NCBI GenBank assembly: GCA_977018835.1
Contig: OZ361258.1
Span: 3,720,001 to 3,784,000, forward strand
Direction of reading: 5' to 3'
Origin: Minutocellus sp. GHC0000111
Taxonomy: Eukaryota
DNA: 64,000 bases
In this document: positions 39,134 through 50,022 of the stretch, piece by piece
Numbering within the stretch: position 1 is the first letter of the stretch
How the letters are laid out: every line of letters begins with the position of its first letter
Notes under the pieces: generated by a model
Told to the model about the DNA's origin: nothing
What the model saw: the letters and a program-made list of their open reading frames with translations, nothing else
Database searches by the model: none
Made by a program: the position numbers and the translations under genes

Positions 39134-39709
39134 CTAGGCCTCGGTACGTTGGTGTTCCTCCATGCGGTGGACAGCCGAACGACCATATGCTTCAAGCCTT
39201 CCCATGGCCGCGGGGCCTTCACCGCTTAGGTGACACACAGTCATCAACCACCGCATCGACATTATGCTGCTCTCAAGGCACGACGATCGTGCGGAGTAAC
39301 TTGGATCCAGCGCGCGGCGGTCGCGGTGCACCCTGGCCAGCCATTCCACTTTCTTCGAGAGGGTACCACCGTTTGCGATCATCAGCATGCGATTGAAAAC
39401 AAACTCATGCATAATACCCTTGGCCTCGCCAAGACTCTGCGGAAGCGACCACGGGCCTATTTCGTCTCCGCTACTCTGGGGGATCTGGCCACGCGCTGCC
39501 TCCATGGCGAGGAAGGAGGAGAGCAAAGCCCGAATCACGTGCTGATCTTGGTAGAACTGTCGGTCGTTGTACAACTCCGCGGCAACTGGTTGATAAACGA
39601 CCGGAATCTCGCGAACGATGCACCCAGGGCCGAAAGACGACAGGCCACCGGGAATCTCCTTATTTTGCACAACCACATACGAAGAGTCTGGGTCACCCTC
39701 GAAGTACAC
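39134..39709 (-). CDS. Hypothetical protein fragment, head-to-head with the H3-like fold
   Basis: 191-aa ORF with globular-like composition. Confidence 0.3.
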   Translation of the reverse strand: MYFEGDPDSSYVVVQNKEIPGGLSSFGPGCIVREIPVVYQPVAAELYNDRQFYQDQHVIRALLSSFLAMEAARGQIPQSSGDEIGPWSLPQSLGEAKGIMHEFVFNRMLMIANGGTLSKKVEWLARVHRDRRALDPSYSARSSCLESSIMSMRWLMTVCHLSGEGPAAMGRLEAYGRSAVHRMEEHQRTEA

Positions 39710-39784
39710 AGCGAAATATCGAAGTTCGCCAATGATTCAAAAGACACCACGAGGAAAGCAAAGAGTAAGAAAGAAACCGTTATC

Positions 39785-40087
39785 AAGCGTCGCCCACGAA
39801 TGAGACCAGGTGCCATTGCTCTGAAAGAGATTCGCAAATACCAGAAGTCGACCGATCTCATCATCAGCAAGGCAGCCTTCCAGCGCATCGTGCGCCAGAT
39901 CTCCCAAACCCATCGTCCTGACATCCGCTGGACGTCGGCAGCCATGTTGGCGGTCCACGAAGTCCTAGAATCGTATGCTGTCGCACTACTCGCGGACTCT
40001 AACCTCTGCGCCATCCATGCCAGGCGAGTCACCATCATGCCCAAGGACATGCAGCTCGCCCGCCGCATTCGCGGAGACCGTGCCTAG
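39785..40087 (+). CDS. Divergent histone H3-like protein (histone fold; start uncertain)
   Basis: [55 protein letters not shown]. The canonical ARTKQTAR tail is absent. Confidence 0.88.
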   Translation, partial: KRRPRMRPGAIALKEIRKYQKSTDLIISKAAFQRIVRQISQTHRPDIRWTSAAMLAVHEVLESYAVALLADSNLCAIHARRVTIMPKDMQLARRIRGDRA

Positions 40088-41342
40088 AGCAGTGTGTACA
40101 GTGCCCATCAATCACGAAGCAGACAAAACTGATGCAGATGCACGTATTACAAATCAGCAAAGAATACCGCTTCTTTTCCGACTGATTTGCAACATGTTGA
40201 TTAGCGGTGGTGATGATGCTGGACATGCTTTAGGTATCACATGTTTACTCATTGAATCATCGCCGCATGTATTTTCAAAGGTAGACTTAGTCTTTTGGAC
40301 ATCTATTTAAGAAATATAGTACATACACACATGGTTAACGCATATATGCCGGTGACTTACCACAGACTTCTATTCTAGATCCCATCTCTTCAAGATGACA
40401 ATTCGACAAACGCTTATGTAGGATTCCTAGATTTTACTTGTGCATGTTGCAAATCAGCAAAGAATGCCGCTAGCTACGTAGTAGGAGATAGATAATCGCT
40501 GCTACAAAGACCAACTATGTACACACATGTCACAATCAGCACGCAGTCGACAAGACGTGCTTTTTTTACACCGGTTTATGATGTGATAGGAGATAGTCGG
40601 TGATGAATGGCACGTACTGGTCATCCGTATTATTTGTTCTCTAATCGGTTTGTTTGAGTCAACAGATGAGACGGATGAAGTTAGTCTTCCAGTGAGCATG
40701 ACATGCCCAACGCCGACAGACCAGAGGGGTCAACAGTCAGCAGGCGAGATGAACGATGATGAAGAGAACGTGATAACTGATGTTATTTATCTGACTAGAT
40801 TTTGCTCGAAATTGTCTCAACACATTCATTTGAATTGCTTAGGTTTCCTCGATTCGCTTCCTTCAACAACACCCCAAGTGAAATCATCAAACAAGTCTTC
40901 GGTCAGTACATTCTATTCTGTTCTATTAGACTACCAAAGTGCATACGGGCATGAGAAAGAAGACGAGTCTGGCTTACATGCACCTTCGTGTGTCACTACA
41001 TGCACATCTTCTCTAGCTAGCTAGAGTACAAAGTAGCCACACTGGATCAAATCAAAAACACAATCAAACTATGTAGAATATTTTGACTAGCTACATTACA
41101 TGCAACCACATGCACGCGTCTAAACGCACATTTCACTTTGATTTATTTATACATACATTTTATCGGTCGTGGGCCAAATCGAACTGTCATTTTCTCAGGA
41201 TAAATATGACCAAAAAGTCTGGTCTAGTTAGACATATCCAGATCTGCAACACACGGAATAAACAATTTACACGAAGCTGCATGGGATCTCCAGCCTGCTG
41301 AGACCTGGCCACGCGCGGGGTAGAGAATACATGACAAACATG

Positions 41343-41901
41343 CTATACGCGACCTCCTTTCAACCCAAGAGCAACAAGAACCTTCGCTGCGGAAGTCTCT
41401 GTGCTGCTGCCATTGCCATCGCCTTTGCTTTTGCCAATGAACAACTCGTCGAGATTCCTCGGATCAGCAAGGGCATCAGAGATGGATCCAACATTTGCAG
41501 TGTGGGTATCACCAACACTGTGCAGCAGTTTGATCGCCGGGGTTGAGGGAGGAGGAGGGGGGAGGAGGAGGACGGGAGAAGCCAGATCCGGCAGAAGAGG
41601 AGGACCACCAGATCTTTCCTCAACAGCAGCAGCAGCAGCAGAAGCAGTGGGACGAGACACAACGACAGGAGAGCGACCTTCCGAGGCGGTGAAGTATTCA
41701 GTAGAGCCGGATCCACCGGAGCATCGCCTCACTTTTGCTTGGGGCGGAGGCGTTTTATAAATGCCTTGGATGTCAAGCGAAACAACAGTGTCATCATCAC
41801 TTCTTGGTTTCTTCCTATGCGGCGCCTCAGGCAGCGACGTCCGGGTACGCGCAGCCTCTGGTGTCCGGTAGTCGATGGTAACAACACTGCTGATTTTCAT
41901 G
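41343..41901 (-). CDS. Hypothetical low-complexity protein
   Basis: Pro/Ser-rich ORF from MKISSVV. Confidence 0.3.
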
Positions 41902-42347
41902 ATTGGTTCTATCCTAACTGGCGATGTCGAAAAGAGAGCCTGAGTGGATGATGGCGTTTTATGACATACGAGGTACATTGCTCGGGCGCGCGGGCCACCG
42001 ATATGAAAGCGCGCGCCATAAGCAAAAGCACAAGATAAGAATTCAGAATTGAGAAGGAAAAGAAATAAAGGGAGAAAACTGATACAAATAGGACCCCCCC
42101 CCCAAAAAAAGAACGAGAATGAAAAAATGAACTGGACTGACTGGGAAAAGATTTAGATCTACATGCTGCACTGCCACAATTTGTCTCTCTGGCCGTCGCC
42201 GCAACACTATTAACACATATCACCCGAACTGGAATAGATCTATTCCGCTCACTGCATCGCCATGCCACTTTTGTCGATCTTACGTACCTAGGTAATGCAA
42301 CAAAACCAAGTAGATCTACTACATGTACGCCTCTCATTCGTCGAGCA

Positions 42348-44123
42348 ATGAAAGACAAATTCGTAAGTTTCAAGGTGACCGAGGATGCCAATGCCGCCGA
42401 TACAGAGACATCATCGGAAGGATCGCCACCATCCACGCCGGGATCTACAGGAGATAACAGACACGAATTTGTCGAGGGGATCATATCACCACATGCTCCG
42501 GTGGTAGATCGATTCTACCATTCGCCATGCCAAGAGCGACTCCCTCGGTCCCTGCTTCCAGACAACGGCTTCATCGCCGTCCGCGAGGAAACAGGAGTAG
42601 CAGTTGCATTCGATATGCTTCCTTCGGACCCAACCGGCGAGGGCATGGACACGATTGGGCTCATGGTACACCGCAGCGAAGAGCAAGGGAGCGACATCGG
42701 CACCACCAACCTCTCCCTCGGCCGCCATTCCAAGTGGAGAGAGTACGTGTCCGTGACGTTCCAGCGAGGATACCACTACATCGAGATACGCCTGGCTCTC
42801 GACGAAATCAATGCATATGCCAACAAAAATAATGTACCGGTCCGATCGGTCCCGCGTACCGGATGGGTGGTATGGGAGGACACAGCGAAACCAGTACCCC
42901 AGGGAAAGTTGGTGCTGTTCCCTAATTTCGAGGTCAAGCAACGAGCCGTCGTGGTCTTCTCCCTCTTCGGACATTCCAACAGCACCATCCACGATGCCTT
43001 TGGCGACGTCGATGTTGGTCGCCGCTTCAGCGTGGTGGAACATTTTAGTCTGGCATCTCATCCCAGCAACATATGTAACGTGAATCAGAGCGCAGCGCAC
43101 TCTAACATCACCCTTCTCCCCGCCGCCCACAACCTGACCGATTCCATGCTGTATTCCAACATATTTTCATCCCCCAAGGTCCAAGGCCTGTTTCCACTCC
43201 TTCTGTTTCCCGATCAGCTCCAAGTCGTGGTATTTGCCACCCCCACCTGCAACATGGATCTGGTCCAAATCCCCTCCATCCTTTGTCGCATCGCCACCGC
43301 TTTCGAGGCCAGACTTCGCATGGGGGTGAACGGAATGCATCTCGTCCACTACTTCGTCAGCATGCTGGTGAGCAACCCCAATCACAAGTATGGCAGGGAG
43401 CGCCTATTCCAGGAGCTTTTCCCGGAGGCGAATCACTCTCTGGTTCGGTACGATCTGGGCGCCGAAACCGCGTCGCATCTCTGTCGTCCGGCGTCGTACT
43501 ATACCAACCGCATGTCCGGGAAGGTCTTGACGACGACGAGGATCGAGCTCGACGCCCTGAGGTGCACCCACCCCCAACGGTACTATGGCCTCCTCGACGA
43601 GATCGTCGAGCCCCACGTTGGCAGCATCCACTGGAGGCTGGAGAATCCCGGCGGCGTTCCGCTGCTTTGCTTGGATCGCGACTATGTTCTCGCCCACGAC
43701 GGCAACGGAGACAGAACGTCTCTTCCGATGTCGGTGTACGAGAATCTCGTCGGCATTCGCGTCCATTCAACGACCAACATCGGGGAGTACTCTGCGCGCA
43801 TGACCCATTTTCGTGATCACCAGCACAGCCTTTACCACATCAAACACCTTCTCCTCAGCCTCCATCCCGAGATGTCGTACTACGGATTGCATTGCAACAA
43901 AGCCCGATTCGTGGACAAGATGCCCAAGGAGCTGGCCGAGGAAAAGCTCAACTCGACGGAATTTATGTCCTCGTTCTTCAGAGGTCACGACTACGATTTC
44001 TACGAAGGCATCCTGGAGATGGTCGATTCCATCCCACCCCCTTCGATGCCCCAGGACTTGCGGGAATATTTTCCGCACCGAGTCGGGACCGGTGGCACTG
44101 ATCAACAGTTGCGGCAACTGTGA
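42348..44123 (+). CDS. Degenerate DNMT3-like cytosine methyltransferase homolog
   Basis: Colinear motif remnants: VVVFSLFGH (I), VVFATPTC (IV), YFVSML (ENV position), AETASHLCRPASYYTN (cf. AKEVSAAHRARYFWGN), YENLVGIRVHST (cf. MERVFGFPVHYT), SLYHIKHLLLSL (cf. SVPVIRHLFAPL). Confidence 0.55.
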   Translation: MKDKFVSFKVTEDANAADTETSSEGSPPSTPGSTGDNRHEFVEGIISPHAPVVDRFYHSPCQERLPRSLLPDNGFIAVREETGVAVAFDMLPSDPTGEGMDTIGLMVHRSEEQGSDIGTTNLSLGRHSKWREYVSVTFQRGYHYIEIRLALDEINAYANKNNVPVRSVPRTGWVVWEDTAKPVPQGKLVLFPNFEVKQRAVVVFSLFGHSNSTIHDAFGDVDVGRRFSVVEHFSLASHPSNICNVNQSAAHSNITLLPAAHNLTDSMLYSNIFSSPKVQGLFPLLLFPDQLQVVVFATPTCNMDLVQIPSILCRIATAFEARLRMGVNGMHLVHYFVSMLVSNPNHKYGRERLFQELFPEANHSLVRYDLGAETASHLCRPASYYTNRMSGKVLTTTRIELDALRCTHPQRYYGLLDEIVEPHVGSIHWRLENPGGVPLLCLDRDYVLAHDGNGDRTSLPMSVYENLVGIRVHSTTNIGEYSARMTHFRDHQHSLYHIKHLLLSLHPEMSYYGLHCNKARFVDKMPKELAEEKLNSTEFMSSFFRGHDYDFYEGILEMVDSIPPPSMPQDLREYFPHRVGTGGTDQQLRQL

Positions 44124-44236
44124 TGCTCCACCATGTTACTTTGCTAACATCACCAATGAGCAGCTGCCAATGAATAAAAATAAACAAGTGTTGAGACCAT
44201 TGTTGAGACTGCTAAAAAACAGAGAGAAGCCGAAAG

Positions 44237-44318
44237 CAACACCGGTAGGATTCGAACCTACGCATCACAAGGATATTCGATTTCTAGTCGAACGCCTTAA
44301 CCGCTCGGCCACGGTGTC
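44237..44318 (-). tRNA. tRNA-Ser (anticodon AGA)
   Basis: GACACCG acceptor stem, TGGCCGAGCGGTTAAGGC D arm, TTCGA-CTAGAAA-TCGAA anticodon arm, long variable arm, GGTTCGAATCC T loop, G discriminator. Confidence 0.9.
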
Positions 44319-44604
44319 TTCTCGTCTTCACAACATGGAGTTCCGTCAAAATATATATAATCTAAGCGGCACTACTGGTACTGCCGCTCATGCGGGTACT
44401 ACCGATGCATCTACAATCGGCACTTCTTTGGTTGGTAATACCACTAAGGACAACACCGAGGGTAACGATGATGATATAAATGCATTGCTCAAAGAAATAG
44501 AGGAGGAAGATGAGGAGGATGAAGAATCCGGAACAAATATAGGATCCACTACACAAGCATAAGATAGATCTATGTTCGTGCCTACCCTGTGGCTCATAGA
44601 TATA

Positions 44605-45160
44605 TATGTTAGTCCCAAAATGCGCACTGTCCCAGTTCGCGAACTGGGATCCCAGTTTGCGAACTGGGATTTATTTATCCCAGTTTGGAAACTGGGATCA
44701 CAGGCACAATCTCAGTTTGCAAACTGGGATCGATCGAGAAATAATGAATATTTAGCAAGGATGATATCGCCTTTGCTTCTCCTCGCTTCATTTTTTAATT
44801 TGCAAATTCAAGATGTGATGCACAGTGCAACTTGTATTGTAGATAGATCTACCAGTACATGTACAAAATAGTCGTTGTGCATGAGCCAACACCGGCGCGG
44901 CAGTTACCATTCTGGCACTTGCCGAGAACACCAGTTTCCAAAGTGGTATTTATTATTGTTCCAGTTTGCGAACTCGTCTGGTTCCCATATTCGGATTAGC
45001 TTATTTATCTCAGTTTACATTCTGGTAGTATCAGTGCGCAAACTGGGATCCTAGTTTGGGAACTGGGGCCCAGTGCGCAAACTGGGATAAATGAATCTCA
45101 GTTCGCAAACTGGGATCCCAGTTCGCGAACTGGGACAGTGCGCATTTTGGGACTAACATA
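44605..45160. mobile_element. Non-autonomous MITE/foldback element with ~80-bp TIRs, TA-flanked
   Basis: TATGTTAGTCCCAAAATGCGCACTGTCCCAGTTCGCGAACTGGG... at the left end and its reverse complement at the right end; about 10 internal palindromic TCCCAGTT(C/T)GCGAACTGGGA-like units. Confidence 0.9.
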
Positions 45161-45189
45161 TAGATCTAGCAGAGGTCAAATTTTATAAT

Positions 45190-46035
45190 CTAGCTGTCAA
45201 GGTCCCAATATTGATCGTTCCTATTCTTTTTGTGGACTGGTTGGAAGTAGTCACCGGATTTCCTCTTCGCCCCACCACTGTTGGCTTTCGAATTCACCCG
45301 AAACAAGTGGGTGTCAATTGCAGAATTCGACTTTGCACTGGCCTGGCGGCACGCATCGATAGTGGGATTTACATTTCCAGAGCGAATCATAGAAAAATGA
45401 TGCTCACAAACATCAGATCCGCTCCTTTGCTGATTCATGACCCGAGACTTGTCCTCTTTGAGGTAGGTGAGGGCTACTCCAACGATGCCAAATATTGTCC
45501 AGCAAAGGTCCTCAAACGTCTCCTTCGTAATAAATTGATCGGTAAATCCGCCACATTCGACTCTCCACTCCTCAAGATACACCGCCGTATCAAGTAGCTC
45601 TCGGACGTGCTTGTGCGAAGGAGCGTCGATGGGTTCGCACCCCTTGTGTCGACTTCCGTTCATTCGGGTGCAATTTACAATATCAATAAACCGATCCATC
45701 TTTTCAAGGAGCTCGGCAAGAGGAGCATAAAGATCTTTGCCGCCGATGCCGGGCTTCTCACAGTTATCGTTGATAATTTCGATGGAATCCAAGCTAGTAA
45801 TTTGGACGGAAAGGGGGACATTGAGACGAGAATAGGAATCTTTGAGGAAGTGCTGAATTCGCTTCCGGTACTTTCGCAAACTCCCAGTAGTGATGAGGTT
45901 GTCGCCGCTAGCTTCCCAGCATCTTTGGATCATTTGCAGGCTCAGCTTCTTCCCATTCTTTCGTAGATTTCGAGAGTGATTCTTCCAACCAGATTTTTCG
46001 AGGGTATTCACCAGCTTCTTGATGCAGTGAGCCGA
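45190..46035 (-). mobile_element. P-element/THAP9-like transposase, C-terminal fragment
   Basis: HCIKKLVNTL, DSYSRLNVPLSVQITS, FIDIVN and SDVCEHHFSMIRSGNVNPT resemble the P-transposase H..K..RN, KM.V.LA.Q, FD..N and QD.LE.FF..IR....NP motifs. Confidence 0.7.
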
Positions 46036-46646
46036 GACCAGGGCACGGACAACACTGACGACGGCGTCAACGTTGGCTGAGGTGATGTCAGATCATCGCC
46101 GGGGACGGACGACTGCACAGCAGAGCCGGGAGCGGACCCACCGGACGAAGATGAGGGACGGCGGGCCGCCGGAGGCTTGGGCATGAGAAGATACGGAGGG
46201 CAGCGAAGAGCCAGATTTCAAGAATTCGGCAAAAATACTTCCGATCAAATAGGAACGACCGCCGCGGTGATTTGGTATCGAAGAAAGGTGGAACCGTCAG
46301 GGATCGAGGACCGTGATATCAAATTCGACCTCCATGGTCTCATGGTTGGGTCCTACTTTGGCGGGTTGGGAAACCGGCACAAGTTTTTCTGCGCGTAGCG
46401 TCTGGTACAAAGTGAATGTACACTACCAACGTATTTTGGGATTCATTCGACTAAAATGTACGAGGTTTTTTAATAAAGAGCTCGCCAAATCCGAGGTCAT
46501 CGTCGCGGCCGTTTCCCCACCCGTTGCTTCGCATGCTGTCAGCCAACGCAACAAGCAACAAGCATGATGATGAAGCATGACAGCACACGGCGGCACACGA
46601 CGACCGCCCCCACGCCACAACCATCACATCATGCCCCACCCCCACC

Positions 46647-47549
46647 ATGACCACGACCACCACTTACCAGCACATTGTCGTCTCAAGGCCAGATGACAGT
46701 CCCGGTGTTGCGGTGGTGTCGCTCAACCGACCCAGAAAGCGTAACGCGATCAACTCAAAAATGTGGAAGGAAATCGGGCACGTCTTCTCGGAGGTGACCT
46801 ATTCCTCAGACGACATTCGATGCATTGCCCTTGTGGGCAGTGGCAATGCCTTCTGTGCTGGCATCGACCTTTCCGATCCATCGTTTGGCTTAATGGACGC
46901 TGGAAGTGATGATGTGGACGATGGTGACGAGGAAAATGGCAATAGCAGTAGCAACGATGTCGCACGGAAGGCATTTCGCTTTCGACCCCAGATACTGGAG
47001 ATGCAGAGGGCATTTACGGCTTTGGAGGCCTGTCCTGTCCCGGTGGTTGCCATCATCCAGGGATTTTGCATTGGTGGAGGTGTCGACTTGATAACTGCAG
47101 CCGATGTGCGCATATGTTCGCCCAATGCCGTGTTCAGCGTCAGGGAGGCGCGATTGGGGTTGGCTGCTGACGTTGGGACTCTGCAGAGGCTGCCGAAGAT
47201 TGTGGGTCACAACTCACGAATACGGGAGCTTGTTTTCACGGGTGAAGATTTTGGATCGACCGAGGCAGCTCGGATTGGTCTGGTGAGCAGAATATCCACG
47301 TCAAATGAATCACTGGTACGAGAGGGCTTGGACATTGCCCGACGCATCACATCCAACTCTCCCGTCGCAGTTCGTGGAAGCAAATTGTCTTTGAATTATT
47401 CTCGAGACCATTCTGTCGCCGATGGCCTTGAGCACATCGCTACTCATAACGCTGCTGCTCTCATCACAGACGACCTAATGAATTCTTTCGCTGGCAAGGA
47501 TGGAGATCCGACTCGATTTTCGCCCATGGGCCCTTCCTCGCGCTTGTAA
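46647..47549 (+). CDS. ECH1: Peroxisomal delta3,5-delta2,4-dienoyl-CoA isomerase / enoyl-CoA hydratase (crotonase family)
   Basis: LNRPRKRNA, FCAGIDL, CIGGGVDLITAADVR, GLAADVGTLQRLPKIVG, YSRDHSVADGL; C-terminal PTS1 SRL. Confidence 0.88.
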   Translation: MTTTTTYQHIVVSRPDDSPGVAVVSLNRPRKRNAINSKMWKEIGHVFSEVTYSSDDIRCIALVGSGNAFCAGIDLSDPSFGLMDAGSDDVDDGDEENGNSSSNDVARKAFRFRPQILEMQRAFTALEACPVPVVAIIQGFCIGGGVDLITAADVRICSPNAVFSVREARLGLAADVGTLQRLPKIVGHNSRIRELVFTGEDFGSTEAARIGLVSRISTSNESLVREGLDIARRITSNSPVAVRGSKLSLNYSRDHSVADGLEHIATHNAAALITDDLMNSFAGKDGDPTRFSPMGPSSRL

Positions 47550-47679
47550 AACATTCTTTTAGCGATAATCCTTTGATACTTGAAGCAAGGATATTTCATA
47601 CACACATATATCTCTAGTTATCGTGCTTTGCATTTACGCCAACTCATTATAATTAAGAAAATTGAAGACATTCTTTAGT

Positions 47680-49747
47680 TCAAATACCGAGCCCAGCAAG
47701 TTCTTCTCGTAGCTGCTCCTCGCTGTCAATCTTGGCCTTTTGATCGTCGTTCAAGCTACCAGCATCCTTTGTCTTCAATTCGTCGATCTGTTTCAGTAGC
47801 TTCTTCATCTTCTTTGCTCGCTTTTCAGGATCAGCGGGCGCGGCGCTCTTGGTGGCTTCTTCCTCCGCCTTTTTCTTGGCCTCCTCCTCGGCCTTGAGCC
47901 GCTCGGCTTCGGCGGCACGCTCCTTGGCCTGACGTTGCCGTTCCCTCCGAAGGGCGTTCTTGGATTTGCCGGCAGGCTCTTCTGCGGCCATGCCAACGGG
48001 TGCCTTCTTTTTACCAGCCGCGCCGGACATTCCTGGCACACCGGACTTGACCTTCACTGCTCCCGAGGTGTTGCCCTCTCGCTCCTTCCGCATGCGCTCG
48101 GCAAGGCTCATACCACCACCGGCACGTCGAGCGGCGGGAGGGACGTATCGACCAGCAGGAGGAACATACGCACCGGCAGGAGCACCTGCTGGCTTGGACG
48201 CAGCCGCGGCACCACCTTCCGCGTCGGCAGATTCTCCTGCCGGTCTCTTTTCGTGGCGGGGTCTGCGGTCGATCTGGATACACTCCGTCCGGGGCAGGGA
48301 CGAATTCTGCGCCCAGGAGCTGATCAGGCATGAAGTCGTTGTTGTTCCAGCTCACAAGCGAAGAATCGCCCGTCACCTCCAGGCCATTGTACTTGTACAA
48401 CCGAACGCCGTTATCGACATTCATCCGAGGTGTGGTGGTACTGACCAGAAAGTAGCGAGAGGAGGGACTCCAACCATATCCCACAGCGCAGGAGGCGGTA
48501 TTGCCAGTTGTTCCTAGATCAGCACCAGTCGAGGGGTTATACTGAGGAATTTTCTTCAGCTTGTTCCGGTCCCAGAAGTCCATACCGCCCGCAAGGTTTC
48601 CAAAGCCACCAAGGGCAAGGAAGCGTCCATGTTCGCTCCAAATGATGGTGTTGCGATGGGCATTGCCAAAGAGGAAGGTCGGCTCGGCACTGCTGCCATT
48701 GTGGAGGGAAGACATGGCGGGCATCTTACCACTGATGACAGCGAATGTCGGAGGTTTGGAGGCATTGGGCATCCAACCCACTTCAACGACGGGGCCACTG
48801 CCATTTCCAGGGAGAGGGACGTTGGTGGCCTCCCCTTCGCCCTTGCCACGGCCGTCGTCACCAGTGACCAGAAAGAGATTGCTGGATCCGTAGTAGGATT
48901 CTCCAGAAGCATCGACCGTCGTATGCGTAAGGATGAGGGCCGAATCACCGCGAGGGCTCCACTTGACCGTGCACTCTTCGGCCTGGTAGAACGATTTGCT
49001 CGCGGGTGCCGTGCCACTGCCGGCGTTCTCGGCACCGAGCTTGTCCGGATAACGCAGAAGTGCGATACGAGCTGGCTTTCCCTTGGTTTCCGGCACGAAG
49101 GTGCTGAGCAGATACTTGCCCGGCGGTGGCGATGTGGGACACTCCACTGAGCACTTAGATGGCAGATCAAAGCTGCTAATGCCGCTGCATCGAATCTTGC
49201 TGCTGTATCGAACCTCGTCCTTGCCAAAGCCATGACCGTCGTAGACGTGCAATTCGTTCGTCACCATGTGGAGGGCAAACTTCTCGTCGTGAGTCCACTT
49301 GACCGCCGGCCACGATTCCCGCTTGAGATTCTTGAGCAAAAATCCATGCAGGTACTTGCCATCGGCCGCAGACCAAATTTTGAGGTTGGGCGGAGGCGCC
49401 TCTCCGTCGGCGGATGGCTTGGCCACACGTTCCCACGTGACGATGTAGCTGCCATTGGTCGAATGGGTGAGCATCTGCACCCCTTCGCTGTTCGCGAGGA
49501 AGGCAACGTCCGAGGTTGGAGCGGGGGACTTGAGGTCGCACCTAATGACGCCGACGGAGGGCTTGTGGATAAGAACGCTCGACCCATCAGGATTGAAGCT
49601 GTGGAGGGTGGTGAGACCAGACGCAAGGGAGATGCCACTTGGGTTGGACGGAGTTGGGGGCACCGAGTGCAGCTGAACGCCCTTCTTGCTGCGAAAGAGG
49701 ATCTGGCAAGGCGGATCCGACGCCTTTTTAGCATCGTCGCCGCTCAT
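47680..49747 (-). CDS. EIF2A: Translation initiation factor eIF2A; apparent frameshift near 48245
   Basis: SKSFYQAEE..WS, DASGESYYG, GFGNLAGGMDFWD, TTTPRMNVDNG. The C-terminal YVPP..R and LKQIDELK..LNDDQKAKI lie in a second frame (ORF 47680..48111). Confidence 0.88.
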
Positions 49748-50022
49748 TGTTGGCAAATTGGTACTGGTATTGTATCGTATATGCGTGGGCTGGAAGCAAC
49801 AGTGACGGGCCGATATCTCGCCAGAGCAAATGCCAAGCCAAGCCGCTCCTAGCTAGGCTCATAACCCTTTGACCTCCTTTTCCTCCTTATTTCCCCTTTT
49901 TCTCGTAACGCTTATCATGTATGTAAGTGCCGCCCAACGCATGCATCTTGCCAATCTGCAAGAATGAAGAGGCTCAGTTGCAGGCCAACACATCGTGCGT
50001 GTAGCGCATAAAAGTAGCAACC

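Noticed and set aside
39785..40087. CenH3 call for the H3-like ORF
   Set aside because: No loop-1 insertion, Q68 retained and a canonical-like C-terminus; only W84 fits.
43813..44562. 249-aa ORF running across the tRNA
   Set aside because: It translates the antisense of tRNA-Ser (PVGFEPT is a typical artefact) and an off-frame part of the DNMT3-like gene.
44630..45135. Spaced palindromic repeats resembling a CRISPR array
   Set aside because: Spacing is irregular, the units are arranged as inverted termini of a MITE, there are no cas genes, and the context is eukaryotic.
21182..46500. Endogenous giant virus or Polinton interpretation of the accessory tract
   Set aside because: No capsid, packaging ATPase, PolB or integrase recognised, and MCM9 has a spliceosomal intron.
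48235..48260. Programmed ribosomal frameshift in eIF2A
   Set aside because: No clear slippery heptamer or downstream structure; an indel error or mutation is simpler.
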